A stretch of DNA of 64,000 nucleotides, taken from positions 1 through 64,000 of IMG/VR virus record IMGVR_UViG_3300017971_000275, one strand, 5' to 3'. This document shows, in pieces, positions 59,084 through 64,000 of this stretch. The notes beneath the pieces were generated by a model. That model made no database searches. It was given only the letters and a program-made list of their open reading frames with translations, and was not told the origin of the DNA. The stretch is from a virus. Numbering within the stretch: the stretch's first letter is position 1; each line of letters starts with the position of its first letter. Position numbers and translations under genes: made by a program.

Positions 59084-60437
59084 TGCCGAGCTTCGCAACT
59101 CGGCTTTCCTGCTTCTTAGGCTCCGCTACCGGAGGTCCTCCACAGGCTGCTTTACCGCATGATCTGCGGCTGTTGAAATTTTTGATGTTCTTCGCAGCGT
59201 TGATGTCAGCGTTTTCTGTGTGGCCGCACTCAACGCACAAGAACACGTCTCTGGTTTTTCGGTTTTCCTTGGAAACATGCCCACACACGGAACACGCCTG
59301 CGACGTGTAGTGCGGTGGAACAAGGATCAGCTTGCCTCCTCGTTCTTTGAGCTTGTACTCCAGCATGGTCTCGAACATGCCCCAGCCTCTTTCCAAAATG
59401 GAGCGGTTCAGACCGGACTTTTGTTTGACGTTTTTGCCGGGCTCTTCTTTCGTGCCCTTAGCGCTTTTCGTCATGTTTGCTATCTGTAGATCTTCCAGCA
59501 CCACCACACCGTAACGCTCCGCGTAGTAGTTCGATTCTTTGTGGAGGAGATCTCGCAGCATCCGACTTTTACGCTTCCTGAGGCGAGACAAGTTGGCTAC
59601 AGCTTTACGATGGTTAGCCGAGTGTCTTGTCTTCAAACACTTCTTCTTGCGCTTCTTCTTAACCTTTTTTGTGTCGGTATCTATTTGGCGCACTGCCCGC
59701 TTGATGCGCTTTTCAATGGCAAAGTAGGCTTGCGGGAGCTCAACCAAACGACCGTCGCTGTCTGCGATCAAGTATTTGACGCCGCGGTCGATTCCCACGA
59801 TGGGAATATCTTTTTCCGCTGGTGTTGGAATCTCCAGTACGTAAGAGCACGACGCGTACCACTTACCAGCCTCAAGACAGATCGTACATCGACGCAAGGA
59901 TTTAAATTCCGGCATACGATGAGTTTTTGTGCGGATGTACCCTAAGCTTCTCCCGTAAACATAGATCATGCCATCAAGGAGCTTCCACGCAGAAGCTCCG
60001 AAAATGCCGATACCGACCGGTCTATTACGCCCTCGGAATTTTGGCTTACCTCCTCTACCTTCGTACCACGCGGTGAAAGCGCGGTTTACTGCTTCGACGA
60101 TCAAGATCATCGCGGCGCGCGGAACTCCTTTAAAGAAGTCCATTTTGCGGATCTCGGTGAGCTGCGCTGACATGCCCCGGCTAGCGTGCTGGAAGAATTC
60201 CTTCCAGCCCCGCTTCTTGGGATCCATCTCGATGCCCACCTGACGGTAAGCGTTGGTTAGCAGTCCTTCGTCATCGTAGCGCGTAGCCCGACGATGCGCA
60301 TACATAAACCGGTGCTCCAGCACTACGTTGTAAAGTACGCGTAGGCGCCATTCCCAGTCGCGCAGGATTTCTTCCTGTTGGGGTGTTGGATAAATGCGGT
60401 AACGAGTAGCGCGTTCCAGTTTGAGCTTCTCGCTCAT
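59061..60437 (-). CDS. tnpB: TnpB (IS200/IS605 OrfB) / Cas12f-like RNA-guided nuclease
   Basis: YRIYPT HTH, RuvC-I VGIDRG, RuvC-II VLEDL, CSVC...CVEC zinc finger, RuvC-III NADINAA; catalytic D-E-D intact. Confidence 0.93.
   Translation of the reverse strand: MSEKLKLERATRYRIYPTPQQEEILRDWEWRLRVLYNVVLEHRFMYAHRRATRYDDEGLLTNAYRQVGIEMDPKKRGWKEFFQHASRGMSAQLTEIRKMDFFKGVPRAAMILIVEAVNRAFTAWYEGRGGKPKFRGRNRPVGIGIFGASAWKLLDGMIYVYGRSLGYIRTKTHRMPEFKSLRRCTICLEAGKWYASCSYVLEIPTPAEKDIPIVGIDRGVKYLIADSDGRLVELPQAYFAIEKRIKRAVRQIDTDTKKVKKKRKKKCLKTRHSANHRKAVANLSRLRKRKSRMLRDLLHKESNYYAERYGVVVLEDLQIANMTKSAKGTKEEPGKNVKQKSGLNRSILERGWGMFETMLEYKLKERGGKLILVPPHYTSQACSVCGHVSKENRKTRDVFLCVECGHTENADINAAKNIKNFNSRRSCGKAACGGPPVAEPKKQESRVAKLGNTHVGGT
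59064..59170 (-). ncRNA. putative omega-RNA scaffold overlapping the tnpB 3' end and fused to the first repeat
   Basis: GCCTGTGGAG...AAGCAGGAA typical of IS605 right-end RNA; GCCGAGTT-GCGA-AGCTCGGC hairpin; 5' boundary uncertain. Confidence 0.6.
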
Positions 60438-60485
60438 GCGTAATGGTCCCCGGTAATGTGGTCCGCTTTTAGCGGACGGTAATAA

Positions 60486-60566
60486 ATCGAGGAAGTTTGA
60501 AGGTCGCGTGGTGAATGGTTTTCAAATGAGCGAAAAACTTCTGTAGCAACCTAAGCAGTCCTCGAT
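60486..60566 (-). ncRNA. Y-RNA-like unit A (conserved stem, no tRNA module)
   Basis: TCGAGGACTGC-TTAGGTTGC-TACAG...GCGACCTT-CAAACT-TCCTCGA. Confidence 0.7.
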
Positions 60567-60579
60567 ACTCGTAAATAGC

Positions 60580-60699
60580 TGGTGGAAATGTGAACGTCAA
60601 GTTTTGGTGAATTGCAGGACTCGAACCTGCGACCCTCTCGTTGATAGCGAGATGCTCATCCAACTGAGCTAAATTCTGTATTGACGTTGCCGTCCACCA
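60580..60699 (-). ncRNA. Y-RNA-like unit B (unpermuted tRNA module, ATC anticodon, 5-bp acceptor plus ACCA)
   Basis: TGGTGGACGGC-AACGTCAA-TACAG...TTGACGTT-CACATT-TCCACCA; D, anticodon and T arms intact. Confidence 0.75.
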
Positions 60700-60702
60700 A
60701 AA

Positions 60703-60748
60703 TGGAGCGCTTGGGAATCGAACCCTATCGAGCCACCAGGGTGCTCCA
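60703..60748 (-). ncRNA. mini tRNA-like element (acceptor plus T-arm only)
   Basis: GGAGCAC...TAGGG-TTCGATT-CCCAA-GCGCTCC-A. Confidence 0.5.
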
Positions 60749-60750
60749 GA

Positions 60751-60887
60751 AGAGGAAATGTGAAAGCAAAGAGAATGAGTTTTGAACTTCTCGGGCATAG
60801 AGAGCCCGAGCCTGGATTCGAACCAGGAACCTTTCGTTTTACGGACGAATGTTCTTCCAATTTTCTGTACTTGCTTTGCAGTCCTCT
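60751..60887 (-). ncRNA. Y-RNA-like unit C (tRNA module permuted at D-loop, GTA anticodon)
   Basis: AGAGGACTGC-AAAGCAAG-TACAG...GAAC-anticodon arm-T arm-CTCGGGC/GCCCGAG-GTTC...TTTGCTTT-CACATT-TCCTCT. Confidence 0.78.
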
Positions 60888-60930
60888 ACATCGAATATCT
60901 GTTCACCGCATGAGCAGTGGTTGTTTTAGA

Positions 60931-61055
60931 TAGAGGAAATGTGACAGCAGCAATTCCCAATGAACTTCTCCCCGTTAAAAGCCGGGGAGCTTGGATTCGA
61001 ACCAAGACCTATCACTTTGGAGGTGATTGTTCTGTACTTGCTGTGCAGTCCTCTA
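60931..61055 (-). ncRNA. Y-RNA-like unit D (tRNA module permuted at D-loop, CCA anticodon)
   Basis: TAGAGGACTGC-ACAGCAAG-TACAGAAC-A-ATCAC CTCCAAA GTGAT-T arm-CTCCCCG/CGGGGAG-GTTC...TGCTGT-CACATT-TCCTCTA. Confidence 0.78.
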
Positions 61056-61097
61056 CACCGTTTATCTGTTCGCCGCTTGCGCGACGGGTATTTTAAA

Positions 61098-61243
61098 TCG
61101 AGGAAGGGTATCGGTAGAAGATGGATTGTTTATCCACCGCATCAATAAGCGGTTGCCTTTACCAATTTGGCCACATCCCCCTAGTTGGGGATGCCAGGAC
61201 TTGAACCTGGAAAATTTTCCTGTACCTACCGATTAGTCCTCGA
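61098..61243 (-). ncRNA. Y-RNA-like unit E (tRNA module permuted between variable arm and T-arm)
   Basis: TCGAGGACTA-ATCGGTAGG-TACAG...T arm-CATCCCC/GGGGATG-D arm-ACCGC/GCGGT-variable arm...CTACCGAT-ACCCT-TCCTCGA. Confidence 0.78.
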
Positions 61244-61405
61244 AAAATGATTTCTCCTCACGTTATCGTAGGCTTTAGCAGCCTGCGCTCTTGTTGTCTT
61301 GATGCCCTCTCGGGCTTGCGTCGCGATGATCGTCCGGATCATCAGCTCTCTACGTTGCGCCTCATTACTGAGGATCGAGCGGATGTCAAGGCGTCTTCGC
61401 GGCAT
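61226..61405 (-). CDS. 59-aa basic hypothetical protein (below the ORF-track cutoff)
   Basis: MPRRRLDIRSILSNEAQRRELMIRTIIATQAREGIKTTRAQAAKAYDNVRRNHFSRTNR*. Confidence 0.5.
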   Translation of the reverse strand: MPRRRLDIRSILSNEAQRRELMIRTIIATQAREGIKTTRAQAAKAYDNVRRNHFSRTNR

Positions 61406-61420
61406 CTACCTAAAAATTAG

Positions 61421-61552
61421 TCGAGGAAATTCGAGAGTAAGAGGCGAAAGTAACAAGGAGCGGGATTTGAACCCGCGACCTTCGGTTTATAAGACCGACG
61501 CTCAACCAACTGAGCTATCATTGTTGTTCTGTACTTACTCTGCCGTCCTCGA
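61421..61552 (-). ncRNA. Y-RNA-like unit F (unpermuted tRNA module, TAT anticodon)
   Basis: TCGAGGACGGC-AGAGTAAG-TACAG...cloverleaf TCGGT-CTTATAA-ACCGA...CTTACTCT-CGAATT-TCCTCGA. Confidence 0.78.
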
Positions 61553-61780
61553 AATCGTAAAGCTTGCTCCGTGGAGTTTTCCACCCACCCAGCCTAGCTC
61601 ACCTTTTAAAGAGAGGGTGACCTTTGCTGTGTCTTCCTTGAGTGGCGGTAGCTCCTCAAGTGTTTCCATGATTATAGGCAGCAGGATTTCCCTGTCAAGC
61701 TTTTTGTCAACCACGGAGGCAAATTCTTCGAGAAAAATCTGCTCCGCTTGAGCAGCGAGCTTTTGCTGCTTACTTGACAT
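61535..61780 (-). CDS. hypothetical protein
   Basis: Start MSSKQQ; stop lies inside unit F 5' stem. Confidence 0.55.
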   Translation of the reverse strand: MSSKQQKLAAQAEQIFLEEFASVVDKKLDREILLPIIMETLEELPPLKEDTAKVTLSLKGELGWVGGKLHGASFTISRTAE

Positions 61781-62009
61781 TGTCACACTCATTTCTCCTA
61801 TGCTGCCAGTAGAACACAAATAAGTCCTTGACACCAACAGCAATACCTGCAGCTATGGCCGCCCACAGACCTGTGGAAGTATCCTCTCCCGGCCATAACG
61901 TTGGGCGGAGCAGCAGGAAAAAGACGAAGCCACTGCAGACCCCGAGGAGCGCGGTGAACACGATCGTCAGTAAGCGCAGCTGCCATTTATACTGAGCTGT
62001 TGTTCCCAT
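61770..62009 (-). CDS. two-TM membrane protein
   Basis: SGFVFFLLLRPTLWP; paralog of next gene. Confidence 0.65.
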   Translation of the reverse strand: MGTTAQYKWQLRLLTIVFTALLGVCSGFVFFLLLRPTLWPGEDTSTGLWAAIAAGIAVGVKDLFVFYWQHRRNECDNVK

Positions 62010-62214
62010 TTTTCCGCTGCTCCCAGTAGTCCCACCAAGTCGTCACAGAAAAGAAGAGCACTCCAAGACCTACCCAAAGCCAGAAAATCAAGAATGTAGA
62101 ACGAGTAGGCCAAACAAAAGGGCGCACCAATAAAAAGATGAGGAAGCCGCTTACGGAGGCGACGGTAGCTCGAATGAGGTTGCAGAACACCGCTTTCCGG
62201 AAGCTATCCGACAT
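61987..62214 (-). CDS. two-TM membrane protein
   Basis: SGFLIFLLVRPFVWP. Confidence 0.65.
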   Translation of the reverse strand: MSDSFRKAVFCNLIRATVASVSGFLIFLLVRPFVWPTRSTFLIFWLWVGLGVLFFSVTTWWDYWEQRKNGNNSSV

Positions 62215-62220
62215 GGTTGC

Positions 62221-62487
62221 TTACTCCAGTGAAGGAGGAGTAGCGAGCCTCTGCAATCGCTCGTCACCTTCATTACCTTGCAGCCACTCTTGGTAGTAGA
62301 TGTGTTGAGGTATCTCCTCCCAATTGACTGCGCTGTCCTCATCGGTGCCCACTGGCTGGAAGTTGACGTTGCTTGGAGACTCACCCACCAAGCACGGGTT
62401 GAAGAACCCGGTGGTCTCTACCTGCGCCAAGATGTGCATAACCTGCCCACCACTATGGCGATAGAACTTGCCGACCTCGAATTGCAT
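62221..62487 (-). CDS. small beta-barrel (DUF1653-like) protein
   Basis: GKFYRHSGG; GGAGG RBS. Confidence 0.55.
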   Translation of the reverse strand: MQFEVGKFYRHSGGQVMHILAQVETTGFFNPCLVGESPSNVNFQPVGTDEDSAVNWEEIPQHIYYQEWLQGNEGDERLQRLATPPSLE

Positions 62488-62540
62488 GGACGCCTCCGTG
62501 TATGCATGGTAGTTATCTTTCCCTAGGAGGATTTCTATCC

Positions 62541-63068
62541 ATGCGAAAAATTATCAAGTTCCGCGGCAAAAAGTACCACGCGGCTACGCTTGCCGATATT
62601 CAGGATCGCGACGATTTCATCGGTTTACATTGTCAAGCTCGACCACGCGCTAGCATTGACCAAGAGGATACCATCGGTAGCGGGCAAGGCCAAGGAAAAT
62701 ACGGCTACGGTAGCTACGTACCTGAAATCCTCGACTCGCTTTCCTTTGATCTCCGCGACATCGCCCTCGAAAAAGGTTGGATGGAAAATCCTCCCGGTGA
62801 GTACGACGACGGCTACGAGGACTGGCTCGACGAAGTCTACGATTTCCTCGATGACCATGGCATCAAGTGGATCTTCGTCAGCGAGAACAAACCTCTCACC
62901 GATTACGGAGATTACTGCTACGGCATCCTCCTTCCCGATAAAGCGGTGCTCACGGTCATCCCCGACATCGGAGTGGACGACGCAGCCAATGCGTACGTGT
63001 ACAACGCCAACGTCGCTATTCCTTCAGTGGTGGAGATTGATGAGGAGGAGCTGGAGCAGTACTACTAG
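62541..63068 (+). CDS. acidic hypothetical protein, hairpin-tag motif
   Basis: AGGAGG RBS; MRKIIKFRGKKYHAA; TAGTTAT motif upstream. Confidence 0.7.
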   Translation: MRKIIKFRGKKYHAATLADIQDRDDFIGLHCQARPRASIDQEDTIGSGQGQGKYGYGSYVPEILDSLSFDLRDIALEKGWMENPPGEYDDGYEDWLDEVYDFLDDHGIKWIFVSENKPLTDYGDYCYGILLPDKAVLTVIPDIGVDDAANAYVYNANVAIPSVVEIDEEELEQYY

Positions 63069-63306
63069 CTTCTTCCTCGTCGAGCTCTAGCCTCCAGCCC
63101 CCAAGCGCGATCACCTCTCCGTACTCATTGGTAGCCAGCTTCTGCACCGACCCGCAGTTTAAGCAGACAGCTTCCAATCCGCGCTTGCGGTACCGGAATC
63201 GTAGATGTTTGCAGTCTGCAGCTCTAGCACGCTTCTCCAATGAAGTAAGGCGACGCCCTTTCATCGAGCGCGTCTTTCTCCGCGTACCACGAAACGACTG
63301 CCCCAT
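63016..63306 (-). CDS. basic hypothetical protein (CKH...CLNC)
   Basis: TAATG coupling to the DHH gene. Confidence 0.5.
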   Translation of the reverse strand: MGQSFRGTRRKTRSMKGRRLTSLEKRARAADCKHLRFRYRKRGLEAVCLNCGSVQKLATNEYGEVIALGGWRLELDEEEASSTAPAPPHQSPPLKE

Positions 63307-63644
63307 TACTCTACCATCCGATCGTACGCCAGCATAGCTCCGCTACGCTCCGTATCGAACACTACGAAGTCTAGCCCCTCGCAGTTGGCAGCGGCGCTCT
63401 TATGGTGATCCAATACCACAAGCTTGTTGGCGAGTTCGTTGATCTTCAACAGCTCTTCACGCGGATAGCTAAAATCCACGATCCACACATCACGGTCTTT
63501 TACGAGCTCAGGAGCTGGCGGATCATCGCCATACTGAGCATCTAGGAGCTCTCCACCACTCAACCCGGTGTGTAGAATAAGAGCTCCGCAAATCCCGTCG
63601 CTACAGCCTTGATGATGAATGATTAATGGCTCTCTTGTATCCAT
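63306..63644 (-). CDS. DHH phosphoesterase, N-terminal domain only
   Basis: HQGCSDG, IVDFS, LDHHKS, SGAMLA; GGAGG RBS. Confidence 0.75.
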   Translation of the reverse strand: MDTREPLIIHHQGCSDGICGALILHTGLSGGELLDAQYGDDPPAPELVKDRDVWIVDFSYPREELLKINELANKLVVLDHHKSAAANCEGLDFVVFDTERSGAMLAYDRMVE

Positions 63645-63686
63645 AAGTGTACACCTCCATCTGTACACCTATTTTACAAGATGGTT

Positions 63687-63759
63687 TGGGCACGCCGGGA
63701 TTCGAACCCGGAAATCTGCGGACTGAGCGCAGCGCCTTTGCCTGTTAGGCCACGTGCCC
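63687..63759 (-). tRNA. tRNA-Leu(CAG), short variable loop
   Basis: GGGCACG/CGTGCCC, CTGCG-CTCAGTC-CGCAG, CCGGG-TTCGAAT-CCCGG. Confidence 0.8.
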
Positions 63760-64000
63760 GTCTCCTCCTACATAAGAACGGTCAACAAAACTTGAGGACT
63801 TCCCTAGCTTCTCCACAAGCACCTCATACATAGCCCGGTAGGGCATCGACCGCAATACACTTATCCTTATTATCCCGTATACGAGTATATTCCTTCTATT
63901 AGAGGTTTTCTTCGGCGCGGCAATGGTGGGTTTCGTGAATTGTGTCCTTGGAATACCAGTCACTTCGGACCAGTAGTACTCTACCTCCGAGTAGCTTTTT

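Noticed and set aside
58583-59098. Short ORFs with repeated peptides (VLPTYVWMVR etc.)
   Set aside because: They are translations of the CRISPR repeats.
59310-59321. Possible anti-repeat (tracr-like) segment inside tnpB
   Set aside because: Only about 10 bp with a mismatch and a bulge, and it encodes the conserved VPPHY motif, so it is probably coincidental.
59061-60480. Complete IS200/IS605 transposon
   Set aside because: No tnpA and no recognisable right-end palindrome or TCAA. Only a small hairpin (GTCCGCT-AAA-AGCGGAC, about 60461-60477) could be a left-end relic.
60604-61530. Calling the tRNA-like modules ordinary tRNA genes (Asp-ATC, Tyr, Trp, Ile-TAT)
   Set aside because: Acceptor stems are short, mismatched or closed by a loop, three are permuted, and all sit inside the same conserved outer stem. 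Unit F is the closest to a real tRNA and cannot be fully excluded.
60469-61751. ORF-track entries across the ncRNA array (60469-60798, 60669-60860, 61299-61751)
   Set aside because: No RBS or protein-like motifs; the sequence is better explained by RNA structure.
1-64000. Stop-codon reassignment
   Set aside because: Genes tile densely under the standard code with TAA, TAG and TGA all used as stops, and no suppressor tRNA was found.

Overview
This window looks like part of a large (jumbo-type) tailed-phage genome, in four blocks. (1) 1-18.5 kb (+): early/middle accessory genes, including DUF262, an Apyc1-like MBL hydrolase, a DEDDh exonuclease, an amidase endolysin, an ABC-type ATPase, many zinc-ribbon proteins and tmk. 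(2) 18.5-22 kb (-): thyX, a catalytically degenerate PolB-type exonuclease and a divergent sigma-factor-like gene. (3) 22-53 kb (-): head morphogenesis, with terminase, portal, scaffold, prohead protease, decoration protein and major capsid, plus many unknown proteins, over a dozen of which share one short beta-hairpin tag. (4) 53-64 kb (-): an RNA-centred locus. It has four tRNA-Leu genes, an ARPP-like gene, a TROVE/Ro60-like vWA gene, and an intact TnpB whose omega-RNA region runs directly into a 7-repeat type I-E-like CRISPR array. It also has a tandem array of six Y-RNA-like ncRNAs that share one covarying stem; five carry tRNA-mimic modules, opened at different points of the cloverleaf. 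All protein calls come from motif recognition by eye and no database search was run.
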